Assembly (NCBI RefSeq): GCF_964188315.1
Contig: NC_135667.1
Span: forward strand, 17,236,001-17,300,000
Length of the DNA stretch: 64,000 nucleotides
Direction: 5' to 3'
Origin: Podarcis muralis
Taxonomy: Eukaryota
The notes under the pieces are model-generated. The model made no database searches and was not told the DNA's origin. It saw only the letters and a list, made by a program, of their open reading frames with translations. The position numbers were made by a program, and so were the translations under genes. How positions within the stretch are numbered: position 1 is the stretch's first letter; each line of letters begins with the position of its first letter. Positions 11,549-22,860 of the stretch are shown in pieces.

Positions 11549-12229
11549 TGAGGCAAGGAAGAAGGGCTACCCCTATGCTATCCATATAATCAGTTATCAG
11601 TAATCAATATATTCATATATGCTCACACATAATCAGGGCTTACAGTATTTTATAATCCATTTTGAATCAAAGGGAAACTGTGCCTTAGCTAACTGCAAAC
11701 TGCTTGAAACAGCAAAGTTAGGAGCCGACCTTTCCCCTACAAACATCCGTGTACCCTGGACAAGGGGAAGACGTGAATCAGAGATTCTGGTACAAAATCC
11801 CCTCAGATACAGGCTAAATTAATCCACAGAACAGGAAGAGCAAAACCACAAAATCTCCAAACTCCCTGTCCTGTCATAACTAGGGGAGAGGTTAGACAGA
11901 GCGTCACTGCAAGCATCGGAAAGCAGAACTAGAACTCCGTGCTTGACCAGGAGCTGGTAGCGTGGCAAGAAGCTTGCTAATTGGCTAATTTTCGCTGACA
12001 ATATCGTGAGTCCCTCAGGGTTGTCTCATGATCTATGATTTGCTGTGATCTGCTCAGGTATAAAGACCTCTGGATTTCTGTCAATCGGGGTCCCAGTTCC
12101 TTTTGGAAGGGATTCCAAACTGCGTCCTTATTGCCTGGCAATAAACTTCACCTTCTTATTCTCCATTGCTGAGTCTGCCTGATCCTTATTTAACACCAAG
12201 CAAGTACCTGCTTACGTTCACGTGCTTCA
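11549..12229 (+). mobile_element. Second copy of the ERV LTR, with upstream polypurine tract (3' LTR-like)
   Basis: Nearly identical to 5326-6017; immediately preceded by AAAAGGGGGGAA (MLV-like PPT); flanks GGAA / AGCC do not form a TSD. Confidence 0.9.
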
Positions 12230-13652
12230 AGCCTACAGATAAAATCATGCAGGCACGCAAGCCTTCAGTTCATCTCACAGGTGGCTACTACTCTACAACC
12301 TGCAGGCAGAACCTTGCCTTCAAGGCAATTTTGCTCTAGCCAGTGCTGAGCCAAACATGATAATATGGACATCTTAAAAAAAATTAAATTTATAGTCCTC
12401 ATGATTGCAAAAAAAAAAATTCTGGAAATAAAAGTAGCAATTTTTGGACCAAAGCTAAGAAAACAAAAGGGCAAGTAGAAGAACCTCGGTTTTGTTGTGA
12501 ATCTTTGCAATTTTTAAGCAGGGCATTTAAGGACATGATTCCTGTTTGTTTGGGTTGGGTTGTTTTTAGCAAATGCAGACAGAAATATCAGGGATACTAA
12601 TGATAATAATAATCTTTCCTAAATAAACTAAAACCTTTCTGGGCATCCCTATAAAATACAACAGGTTCAGTTCTGCTTCAAGCGTAAATTGATTTTTAAT
12701 GGTTTGATTATACTTTCCCCACACTTCCCTCCAAGGAAGACTTAGAAACCATAGTTTTATCAGGTTGCTGAGAACTCTCTGGTCTTAATCCACCATCACC
12801 TCTAGGCCATATAGAAATACAATGCCTAAAATTCTTTGGTGAGCGGCAGTTCTGGAACTCGAGCCCATTGGCTTTGGCAAGGACAACATGCCTTTCAAGT
12901 TGGAAGGGAAAAGGCAGAAACGTCCCCTAACTGTGGCCACTCTTGTCGAGGGGCAGAGAGATCAGAGGGAAAGGGAACCAGCCAAGTCACACAACAGGAT
13001 GGTGCAAGGTTCCTGCACACTAGTATTTCTATTGCCCAACAATGCTGTCTGCTTTTCCAAAAGGGAAGACGTCCTGCACTGCAGCAAGTCAATAACTCTG
13101 CATCCTGGTAGAATGTCTGAGCGCACCTCTCCCATGACAACTAGGCAGTCCCTCCTTTACATTCCTGGGAACCACAGAGCACTACAGCTATTGAGGCAAC
13201 ATCATCTCAGCTTGGTCAAGCTCACTTGGACATAAGTATCTCCGTGGGGGGGGGGGGAGCCTTGGCCCAAGAGTTGCATTTCCTGTCACGTCTTCCTTAT
13301 GCCCGGGAATATTAGGGGTCTGAATCCCAAAATGTTCAGTTACCTGTCTAGGCACAACCAGCCAGGTATCCTACCCCCAACCCACCGAAGACGTTATAAC
13401 GGTCAAGCAAGTGCAATGTACTCTACCAACAGTAGTGGAACATTAGTAAAATAATAATAATAACAACAATAATACTTTTCTATCAGCTCACAATTGTAAA
13501 TTCCTGCCCTACAAGGAGGGCGGGGAAATCAAAGTTCTAGCCGCATCGGGCAGAGTGACACCTCCGAAACCAGATCGCCTCTGGCAGGGTGGAGGTAGAG
13601 GAAAGCAGCGTTGGGAGGGGAGGGTGTTTATTCTGAGAAGGGGGCTCCTCGC

Positions 13653-15095
13653 CTAGTCAATTCCGCGGTGCAGCTTGAGATGGCGGGAGAGGTTGCTCAA
13701 GGTGATGAACCCTTTGTGGCAGACGGTGCACTTGAAAGGGCGCTCGCCACTGTGCAGCAGCCGGTGCCGTTTCAGGTAGCACTCGTGCCGGAAGAACTTG
13801 CCGCACTCGGTGCACTGGTAGGGCTTCTCGCCGGTGTGCACCAAGACGTGGCGGTCCAGGTCCCGCGGGCTGCGGAAGTACTTTTCGCACTCGCTGCATT
13901 TGTAGAGTTTCTTGCTGGGCCGGGCGGGGAACGAGCGGAGGTCCAGCTGCGGCAACAGGTGGCGTTCCAGCTCACTGCCGGGGCCTGACATCGGGGAAGC
14001 AGCCACGGCGTGGCTCAACTGGTGCTCCTCCAGTGTCTGCAAGTTCACAAAGGGCTGGCCGCATATCCCACAGCTGAAGGAGGGCTCGCCGCCGTGAGCA
14101 GTCAAGTGAGCCGCCAGGGTGTTGCCGTTGGCGAAAAAGGTCCCGCATTCACACTGGTACAGCGTTTCGGGGGGCCGCATGTCCGGAGGGTGGCAGGTGG
14201 GGCAGCCCCTGCTGTGCTGCTGGGCCTCTGGCCCCCCATCTCTCGACTCTTCTTCCAGGCCCCGCAATTCCAGCATCCCATCGCTTGGCGGAACCTTCCC
14301 AGAGCACACTGGGCAGGGCGGGGGCCTGTCCTTGGCATGCGTGAGCTTGTGGCGCTCCAACAGCGCCGCAGCGTTAAAGTCCCGCTCACAGTCGGGGCAC
14401 TTGAAGGGCTTGATGTCAGTGTGGGCGAGCCAATGGCGCCGCAGTTCGGATGCCAACTGGAAATGGCGCCCGCAGGCCCCGCAGCCAAAGGGCGCGGCCC
14501 GGCCTCGCCCGGCGCTGCAGAGGTGCCCCAGGGGACTCTGCTCTTTCCCGCAGGCCAGGCAGCGGGGAGCGGGCGTCTGAGGGGCTGCGGCAGCGGGGGA
14601 AGCACGGTGCTGCCGCTTGAGGTGGCGCCCCAAGCTGCTGCGGGAGGAGAAGCGGAGCTCGCAGACGTGGCAGCAGTAGGGCTTCTCCCCCGTGTGCACC
14701 ACCTGGTGGTGGAGGAGCCCCGTGGAGTCTCGGAAGCCTTTGGGGCACATGGTGCAGCGGTAGGGGCGCTCCCCGGTGTGGCTCCGGATGTGGTTCACCA
14801 GGTTGAAGGAATGCTTGAAGCTCTTGACGCAGTGAGGGCACTGGAAAGGCTTGAGCTCGGTGTGCCGGGCAAAATGGCGGCGCAGGTCCGAGCGGTAACG
14901 GAAGCTCTTGTCGCACTCGGAGCAGTGGAAAGGGGCCCGGGCACCCGGCCCATGGTCTGTTAGGAGCGACGGGTCGTCCTCCGCGTCCGAGTAGAGAACG
15001 GCACACTCTTCCACGGTTCCGGTGGCAGTCCGGACCCCACCTGGGGCCTGAAGGGAGTGCTGGCCCTCTGGCCACTCTTCATCGCAGTTCTCCAT
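13653..15095 (-). CDS. FIZ1: FLT3-interacting zinc finger 1 orthologue, 480 aa, 11 C2H2 fingers, single coding exon
   Basis: FHCSECDKSFRYRSDLRRHFARH...KHSFNL...KGFRDSTGLLHHQVVHTGEKPYCC..CELRFSSRSSLGRHLKRQH matches human FIZ1 as recalled. Acceptor CTTTCTCTGTCCCATAG before 15111 with an in-frame TAG just 5' of the ATG. Synteny with ZNF524. Confidence 0.92.
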   Translation of the reverse strand: MENCDEEWPEGQHSLQAPGGVRTATGTVEECAVLYSDAEDDPSLLTDHGPGARAPFHCSECDKSFRYRSDLRRHFARHTELKPFQCPHCVKSFKHSFNLVNHIRSHTGERPYRCTMCPKGFRDSTGLLHHQVVHTGEKPYCCHVCELRFSSRSSLGRHLKRQHRASPAAAAPQTPAPRCLACGKEQSPLGHLCSAGRGRAAPFGCGACGRHFQLASELRRHWLAHTDIKPFKCPDCERDFNAAALLERHKLTHAKDRPPPCPVCSGKVPPSDGMLELRGLEEESRDGGPEAQQHSRGCPTCHPPDMRPPETLYQCECGTFFANGNTLAAHLTAHGGEPSFSCGICGQPFVNLQTLEEHQLSHAVAASPMSGPGSELERHLLPQLDLRSFPARPSKKLYKCSECEKYFRSPRDLDRHVLVHTGEKPYQCTECGKFFRHECYLKRHRLLHSGERPFKCTVCHKGFITLSNLSRHLKLHRGID

Positions 15096-15223
15096 CTACC
15101 CAACAGTGCTTCTATGGGACAGAGAAAGGACAGTGAAAGAATCAGTGTAGGACTCCATGGCCGCCGAGCCATCCCAGTATAAAAGCATTCCCTCCCCCTG
15201 ATTAAACCACACTATCCAGAACA

Positions 15224-15420
15224 GGGAGCCAGTGTGGAGTAGTGGTTAGAGTGTTGGACTAGGAACTGTGAGAGACCAGGGTTCAAATCCCCACTCAGCT
15301 ATAAAACTCACTAGGTTACCTTGGTCCAGTTGCGGTTTCTCAGCTGAACCTAGATAAAATGGGGAGGAAGTGAACCATGCATGCAGCCTTGAGTAATTTC
15401 GTTGTCCCCGAGAGGGGGCA
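15224..15420 (+). mobile_element. tRNA-derived SINE (Squam1-like), followed by (TTA)n and (TCAA)n
   Basis: GGGAGCCAGTGTGGAGTAGTGGTTAGAGTGTTGGACTAGG...GGGTTCAAATCCCCACTCAGC A/B boxes. Confidence 0.7.
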
Positions 15421-15433
15421 ATGACAATAAAGA

Positions 15434-15481
<48 letters not shown>

Positions 15482-15787
15482 GCACATTGGAGGAGTGGTG
15501 GCATATACATATCAATCAATCAATCAATCAATCAATCAAGCCTAGCACAGAAGGTGCCTGCGGAGCACACACCTCTCCAAGATGCCAAGACAGGAATCTT
15601 AGGAATCTGCATGTATGTGAAAATGGCTCTTCGTGTAGTCAGTGGATAATACACAATGCGCCATGGCTTGGTTCAAATAAGGTTCAGCTTACAGCTTTTG
15701 CTTCCAGAAACAGGAAGTGAGTCAAAGGATTTGGGTAATTCTCAAAACTTTTCAATTGCACAAGATGACAGAGGGTGGCAGACAGTA

Positions 15788-16013
15788 CAGTCAACCTTGG
15801 TTGTTGAACGTCTCGGCTGCCGAATGCTTCAGAAGCCAAACGCCGACAACCCAGAAGTAGCTGCTTCCGTTTTTGAGCGTGTCTCCAAAGTCGAACAGCT
15901 TCCGAGGCGCGTTTGTCAATTTCCCCCATTGAACTTACAGCCCTTTGATCCTCGGTTTTGGAAGTCAAACGGACTTCCAGAACGGATTACGTTCGAAAAC
16001 CGAGGTCCCACTG
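15788..16013. mobile_element. Tc1/pogo-type MITE
   Basis: TA|CAGTCAACCTTGGTT ... AACCGAGGTCCCACTG|TA; shares AAGTCAAACGGACTTCCAGAACGGATT with the other copies. Confidence 0.7.
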
Positions 16014-18179
16014 TACTAGGTTTGGATGTGGGAAATGTTCTGGATCTGGATCTGTGCCCAGCTAGTGGTGACAATGGCTAGGCTGACCTTGGGGGGGGGG
16101 GATCACGGTCTGGACTCTCAACCTAATTGGTCTCACTGAGCTGATATGTGCATAAATGAGATGAGGATAAAGGGCACAACTGTAAAGATCACTCTGCAGA
16201 TGGAAGTCCCATTAAGTCCAATAAATCTCACTCCCAGGAAAGCATGTATAGGATTGCAGCTAAAGATACTGGACAGGGATAATAAGAAGCCCACTCACTA
16301 TTTTCTGCAGCAGAGAAATGTAGCACACTCAGAAACATGCATCCCTTGAATTTATTTGAATGAAATGGGGGGGGGGGTCCTAGCTTATTTTGGGGTAGTC
16401 AGTGAGACCTAGGATTGTGTTTAAAAGGTTAGAGACTAGAAGTGAAGCCATCCCTTTCCAAAGTACCCGGAAGTCCCCCAAATCTGTGTGAAGCCATTCT
16501 GTCCTAAACTCCTAGCTCCCCCCCCAACCCCAACCCCAAAGTCCTGACTTTCAGCCACACTTGGCACAAAAGATGTTGATATGCATGCCCAGCAACCCAA
16601 CAGCCAACTCGGCGTCTCTTCCACACTACAGTTCTATGATTCTATAAACAGAAATTTGTCCCAAAATTGTAGGTGGATTTAAATTTGCACTTAAAGTAAT
16701 ATTTAGGTGAAAGCTTAATTGTTACTGCGATGCTGCCAGTTGTGAAGTAATCTTGCTTGAGGTAGCAGAAAAGACAGAAGGAAGTTAAGCCATGTATTCC
16801 CTCTTGGAAGCAAGTGTCCCCTGCCAGAAAACCCAAAAGTCCAAGCATCACGGATTCCACTTTCCTTCCTTGGCTGCATAACAAGACCACATGCTTATGC
16901 ATTCTGTTAATTAATTCAGAATAACTACTACTGCTCAGGTTCCAGAAATCCAAGTTGTTAATGAGTGTACTCCCACATCAGTTGTACATTGTGGAACACA
17001 TTAACCCATTTATCCTGACTGACTATAAGTAGAGGAAAAAAGATGCTAAGGATAACTTGTTTTATTTCCTTCTTATAATTATTTCTATAAATACATAATC
17101 CATATAAAAGACACTTGATAGGTAGAAAAACATAAACCATGACGGCCATGTATCACACTAATAATACACAGTTGTACATGGGAAAAGTCTACACCTAAAC
17201 ATCCAGCTTTATCTTTTAAATATGTACTGCAATCAACACTATTGCTTGTTCATATCTTAAAACAAGCCCCCATAGTACTTATTACTATTACTTTATCGTA
17301 ACATTCTATATAGCACATACTGCTTCCTAATGTTCAGAACTTCCTACTGATGTATCAGGTTACTGAATCCTATTTAATTAAATCCTTCCTTTTACCGGTA
17401 ATTTAAAATCCCTGGCAATTTTATATTGTTGACTTGTTCTCTAATTGTGTTCAGTTTATGAGGTTTAATCATCCACCCTCCCTCCCCAGCTCGGGCACAT
17501 AACATTCCAGTAGTTGACAGAAATGTAAAGAATTTGGGTCCGGATATGATGTTACAATGCTCTCCTTTGCATAGTTTAATGAACAATAAAAAAAGCTGAT
17601 CCCTGGGGATTTGTACTTGAAATAAGGTGTTACGGAGAACTAACCTGCCTTAAGTGATCTTGAATAGGCACCCTTACAGAACCCATGAGTTCTGGCTCCC
17701 AGCACTTCCCAGCAATGACCCACCACCCTAACTCTGTCTGCCCCCTCCCTAAAGAACCCAGGCGCCCCGCCCCCCCCCCGCCTCTCCTTCTTGGCCTCTT
17801 TATCCCACCTGCATAACCCAGTTGGCTCAGGCACAGAGGCGGCCAGTGCCAAGGTGTCAATCACGGGGTGGGTGAAGGGTGGGTCTGTTTCTCCCCTGTG
17901 TTTCCAACCCCCCCCCCCCCAAAGTCTAAGGGGAATCCTCCCCCTCCCCTTCTGCTCCCCACCCACCTCCCCGGTACTCACAACTTCTTATAGGTGCCGA
18001 CATTTTACGGGGCGGTGGGGGGCCACTTCTTCGGAGGAAGGGGACAGAGCCTCTCCCCCGCCCCCAACCTCCCATAGCAGCAAGCAGCCAGGCTGGTGGT
18101 GGGGTGTTGACCTCTTGCGATAGCCTGTCCTCTCCACCCTCAAATCCAACCCCTATGGAAGTTCACAGGACACCCCACC

Positions 18180-18720
18180 CCCCACTCCGCCCCCATCTTT
18201 TCTGTGGGCAAGGAGGGAGGAGTAACAACGGTCGCATCTTCGCCATCTTTACTGTGGGCACGCAATGAGGGACTGGAGGCTCGGTGAAGCGACATTTTTT
18301 ATGTGGGCAGCCGGCTCAAAGGTGTGATATTTTCTGATATTCACAGCACCGTTCTGCACAATCTCAGGGCCATACTAACAAGAGTCTTGGTATTTTTAGT
18401 GTAGGAAACAGGTTTATTATTATTGGTTAGAAGAGAGGGGGAGCGTGAAAACTATGGAAAGCACCCATCTTTCTTACTGGCAAAGGGAAGTGCAGCGAGG
18501 CCGCCATGTTTGCGCCGGGCAGTAAGCGAAGAGCTGAACGAAGGGACATGTCTTTGTTGTTACTACGGCAACTTCCCCGCACCATCTAATGCAGCCGCCA
18601 TATTTGATGTGGGCAAAGAAGATTAAAGGTCATTTTTGACACTCAGGGAGGCGCCAAATTTTCGTTTTGAAATGCATAAACTAAAACAAAACCAAAGCAG
18701 GTTTATCGTTCGCGTAGCCA
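18180..18720 (-). promoter_or_regulatory. CpG-rich promoter and probable non-coding first exon of FIZ1
   Basis: CpG enrichment, several YY1-type GCCATNTT motifs, and a minus-strand donor CCA|GTAAGA at 18478/18477; nearest such region upstream of the FIZ1 acceptor. Assignment is inference. Confidence 0.55.
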
Positions 18721-19131
18721 GAGAAGCACCATTATTTATTGTGAGGGGAAAAGTAAGAGCAGGAATCCATCAGTGATGAGGTAAGGAAGGAGGGGGGCTG
18801 AGGGGATCCCATATTTTAGTCTTTTCTTGAAAAACTCAAATGGTAAGTAATTGCAGTGTTTCTGCATCACTCACAGATTTATGAGGCTTCAACAGCGGAA
18901 AGAGCCGTAATTTGTCACCCCCTATGCTGACAGAAACTCCACAGGTGAGGCTCCTTATGCCATTATAATTCTGTGAGGCAATTTCTGCCTGTCATAGTGG
19001 GGCAGGGAAATTAAGTTAATTCACCTTAGCTAGGTGAATATGGGAGTAGGAAATTATTGCAATAAGGGTCAGGCTTTCACAGTCAGCATCCATTTATACA
19101 TAATTTTCACTTTACTAATAAGGTTCTCAAA

Positions 19132-19398
19132 TGGAGAGCCAGTGTGGTTAGTGTCAGCAGCTAGGCCCTGGGAGACTAGGGTTCAAATCCTCATTCAGCC
19201 ATGAAGCTGCCCTTAGGCCAGTCACTACCTCTCAGCTCAGTCTACCAAGCAAGGTTGTTGTGGGGATTAATTAAGGTGGAAGGGAGAACAGAGATTGCAT
19301 GGCTACTGCCAGAAACATCAATCCTGGGTCTCCACCTTGAGCTCCTTGGGGGAAAAGGTGGAATATAAATACAATCAATCAATCAATCAATCAATCAA
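19132..19398 (+). mobile_element. tRNA-derived SINE (Squam1-like) with L2-type tail and (TCAA)n
   Basis: GGAGAGCCAGTGTGGTTAG...GGGTTCAAATCC head; tail CCTTGAGCTCCTTGG...ATATAAAT(ACAATCAATC)n. Confidence 0.7.
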
Positions 19399-19726
19399 TG
19401 CTCTGCTGAAGCAGCTTGTATGCCAGAACAATGCAAATATGTTTAAAACGGGGAAAGTTCTGTTCTAATCTATTCATATTTTAATTAAATTAAATTTACA
19501 GCACAATTTATCCCGACAACTTAGAATGGCTGACAATGAAAAAGCCTCATTAAAAAAAAAAATCAATCACTGCCCAGTCAGTGTTGATTTTTAAATGGTA
19601 TAATGTAATTTTTACATGTTTTCATTTTGTTATTAATATATACTTTTGTATTAATCTGTTTTGTATATCACTTTTGCATATAAAGCAATTAAGAAAATTT
19701 CTAAACACTGTTAAGTAAAATTTAGA

Positions 19727-19964
19727 CAGTGGTGCCTTGGTTCTTGAACTTAATCTATTCTGGGAGTCTGTCTGATTCCCAAAACCATTCAAAAACCAAG
19801 GCACAGCTTCTGATTGGCTGCAGGAATTTCCTGCACTCAAGCAGAAGCTGCTCGGATGTTCAGCTTCTGAAAAACGTTTGCAAACCGGAACACTTACTTC
19901 CGGGTCTGCGGCATTCTGGGCATTTGTTCAGCAATTAAGTCGTTTCGGAACCAAGGTACCACTG
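19727..19964. mobile_element. Tc1/pogo-type MITE
   Basis: CAGTGGTGCCTTGGTTC ... GAACCAAGGTACCACTG|TA. Confidence 0.75.
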
Positions 19965-20017
19965 TACTCCCTTGCTTGCTTTATTGTGTCTCCACTCCAA
20001 CCCCCTCGCAGCTTCTA

Positions 20018-20255
20018 CAGTGGTACGTCAGGTTAAGTACTTAGTTCCGGAGGTCTGTTCTTAACCTGAAACTGTTCTTAACCTGAAGCACCACTTTAGC
20101 TAATGGGGCCTCCTGCTGCTGCTGCGCCGCCATAGTACAATTTCTGTTCTCATCCTGAAGCAAAGTTCTTAACCCAAGGTACTATTTCTGGGTTTGCGGA
20201 GTCTGTAACCTGAAGCGTATGTAGCCTGAAGCGTATGTAACCCGAGGTACCACTG
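20018..20255. mobile_element. Tc1/pogo-type MITE (family of 5122 and 40428)
   Basis: TA|CAGTGGTAC...GGTTAAGTACTTA ... TAACCCGAGGTACCACTG|TA. Confidence 0.85.
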
Positions 20256-20394
20256 TATTTATGTTGCTTTTTAAAACACACAAACAAACATGCTTTGTCA
20301 GGTGAGTCTTGAAGGCAGTGCAGTTCCATGGATTGTGTTATGAGCGCACTCTCAGTTGATCTTAAGGTATCTTGGTGGGACAGGGTGCAAGAGG

Positions 20395-20510
20395 GGAAGG
20401 GCTATAGTAGCTCAGTGGTAATGCATCCCCTTTGCATGCAGAAGGTCCCATTTCAGTCCTCATGCAGGGATGAAAATGTCCCATGTGAAACCTTGCATAG
20501 CTGGTCAAGC
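20395..20510 (+). mobile_element. Degenerate tRNA-derived SINE (Squam-type)
   Basis: TAGCTCAGTGGTAATGCATCCCCTTTGCATGCAGAAGGTCCC A-box head with a decayed B box. Confidence 0.55.
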
Positions 20511-21429
20511 CAACATGTCATTTGTAGCCACATCACAAAAAAATGAATGATGGCTGTTAGATCTGTACATGATCTTTGTGAGATAACCAGCCTCATACAA
20601 CAAAGTCCAATTAATACACAAAAGGATTGAAATCATAAAGCAAGCTGTCCTTAACCTTGGGAGGGACTGGGTAATCAATCATATGGTTCAACCTCCAGTC
20701 TACCTGATGAACTCAGCATGTGAGGTCTGAGTTGGTTGCTGTAGCTCAGACCCTATGGCTCTTACAAGCTACTCTTGAGTTCCTATACCAATAATTTAGG
20801 ATTTTCACCATTGTAAGTCAAGTTAAGTTTTACTGACTGTGCAACTTTTTCTGAATGCTCTATGGAAAAGTACATTAATCTGACCTTTGGAGAGTTTGTA
20901 AGTAAACCATTTTTTTAAACTTATCAAACATGTGGTCTTTTTCTACGCTAGGAAAACAGTGCAACTTTGGAAAAAAACATCTTGAGGAGACATTTTGGAA
21001 CTCACTTTAAATTAAGGGCATATTTTAAAGGTTTAACAACCTCTATTTCCACATTTTACTTTGCTGCATGTTTTGTGATTTCAAACCTCTTGATCATGGC
21101 ATCCAGGAATGTTCCTTTTTATATACCTATATTTCCTTACCACCAACACTCATTTCATCAGGAGAAACAATAGTTTTGTGACTGAATCCAGGAGTAATCA
21201 GAGACTGAATGTCCTTTGAAGCTGAACTCTCATCATTTTGTTCTCTAACTACATTCTCAAAACCTGAGGCAATTGGCACTTTTGCGACACAAAACATGTA
21301 TTTACTCCAGGTTAATTGAGCAAGGATAGCTAATGCCCTTTGATTCTATACTGCTGCTCAGTAGCATTAAAAAAACCTGTTTCTCCCAGGTGACATCCTC
21401 CCCTTTAAGCATTCCTTAATGTGCTCCTA

Positions 21430-21810
21430 GGAACACGGGTGGCACTGTGGGTTAAACCACAGAGCCTAGGACTTGCTGATCAGAAGGTTGGCGGTTCGAA
21501 TCCCCGCGACAGGGTGAGCTCCCATTGCTCGGTCCCTGCTCCTGCCAACCTAGCGGATTGAAAGCACGTCAAAGTGCAAGTAGGGTGAGCTCCCGTTGCT
21601 CGGTCCCTGCTCCTGCCAACCTAGCAGTTTGAAAGCATGTCAAAGTGCAAATAGATAAATAGGTACCGCACCGGCGGGAAGGTAAACGGCGTTTCCGTGC
21701 ACTGCTCTGGTTCGCCAGACACCGGCTCCCTCGGCCAATAAAGCGAGATGAGCACCGCAACCCCAGTCTGTCACGAATGGACCTAATGGTCAGGGGTCCC
21801 TTTACCTTTA
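21430..21810 (+). mobile_element. Sauria SINE with an internal 71-bp tandem duplication
   Basis: Head GGAACACGGGTGGCACTGTGGGTTAAACC, tail GGGGTCCCTTTACCTTTA; duplicated unit 21511-21581 / 21582-21652; TSD TAATGT(G/A)CTCCTA. Confidence 0.9.
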
Positions 21811-21885
21811 ATGTACTCCTACTCAGCATTTTATTGTGTGATCTGCCTAAAAACTTTTTTTATTTTTTAACTGCTGTTGGTTGTA

Positions 21886-22090
21886 CAGAGGAACCTTGGG
21901 TTACGGCAGGGATCTGTTCTGGAGGCCCCGCCACAACCTGAAAATGATGCACGTCGAAGCGCCGCATCTGCACATGCACGGTGCGATTTAGAGCTTCTGC
22001 GCGAGCCGCAAACCCGGAAGTAACCTGTTCTGGTACTTCCAGGCTTGCCGCGGACGTTCGCCAAAGCGGACACAGAACGAGGTTTGACTG
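21886..22090. mobile_element. Tc1/pogo-type MITE
   Basis: TA|CAGAGGAACCTTGGG ... CGAGGTTTGACTG|TA, degenerate TIRs. Confidence 0.6.
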
Positions 22091-22339
22091 TATTGTTATT
22101 TTTACTTTTGAAAGGTTGAATTTTCATTGTATTTTGTACTATGTTGGTTTTGAGTAGTGTAGCCTTGTGGACTTAGGGTTTTGTTTTTACAAAGTGGGGT
22201 AGGAATTCATTAATAAAAGTAAATAGTGGTTGTGTTAAGTGATGATTCCATATTGATATTTAAATTGAGCCCTGAAAAGGTACTGCATTTTACAAATGCA
22301 GTTTCTGACCCCTGCAGAATCTTGGCTCCTGCAGCTAAT

Positions 22340-22475
22340 TGTAAGCCGCGGAAGTCGCATCAGACGTTCGGGTTCCAAATAATGTTTGCAAACCGGAACA
22401 CTCATTACTGGGTTTGTGGCGTTCAGGAGCTGAAACGTTCGACTTGCAAGGTGTTTGGGATCCAAGGCATGACTG
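22340..22475. mobile_element. Partial Tc1/pogo-type MITE
   Basis: Ends CCAAGGCATGACTG|TA and shares GTTTGCAAACCGGAACACT with 19727-19964. Confidence 0.55.
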
Positions 22476-22618
22476 TACTGAGCTGCACTGACCAACGGTC
22501 TGACTCTGTATACAGCAGCTTCCTACTGGGGGGGTGTGTGTCATTGGTTCCCCATCTCTGCCACAGCTTGTACAACGTAAGCATATAACTTAGCTTCATT
22601 ATTTCTCAACAAAGCAAC

Positions 22619-22624
22619 TTTATT
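22619..22624 (-). terminator. Candidate polyadenylation signal of the sacsin-like gene
   Basis: AATAAA on the minus strand about 240 nt after the stop codon. Confidence 0.4.
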
Positions 22625-22860
22625 TTTTCTGTATATCAGAAGACAGGTCACAAAGTGTCACTGTTCAAGAATGGTTATCTAGTCCTGTTTTCTCACATGA
22701 TACAGTGTGAGTGAGTTAGGAATTGTTTGAAGAAACATCAATTTTCTAAACAGGCCCCACTCCCATTTTATAATATTTGATCCCAAATGTTTCAGCTACA
22801 AGAATGCCCATGTTTATATATTGTCAGTCAAGACTTTAAACAAAAAAATCCTCACAACTC

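Noticed and set aside
5326-12229. Reading the two LTRs as one full-length provirus
   Set aside because: The first LTR has its own TSD and interrupts a MITE, outer flanks differ (GTAC vs AGCC), and no PBS, gag or pol is seen between them.
14010-15075. Long overlapping ORFs (317, 219, 167, 153 aa) on and opposite FIZ1
   Set aside because: Shadow frames of a GC-rich coding exon with no recognisable domains.
21430-21510. tRNA-like GGTTCGAATCC sequences here and at about 9075, 50470, 15280, 19180 and 59750
   Set aside because: All are SINE heads continuing into SINE bodies and tails; no complete cloverleaf. No true tRNA gene found.
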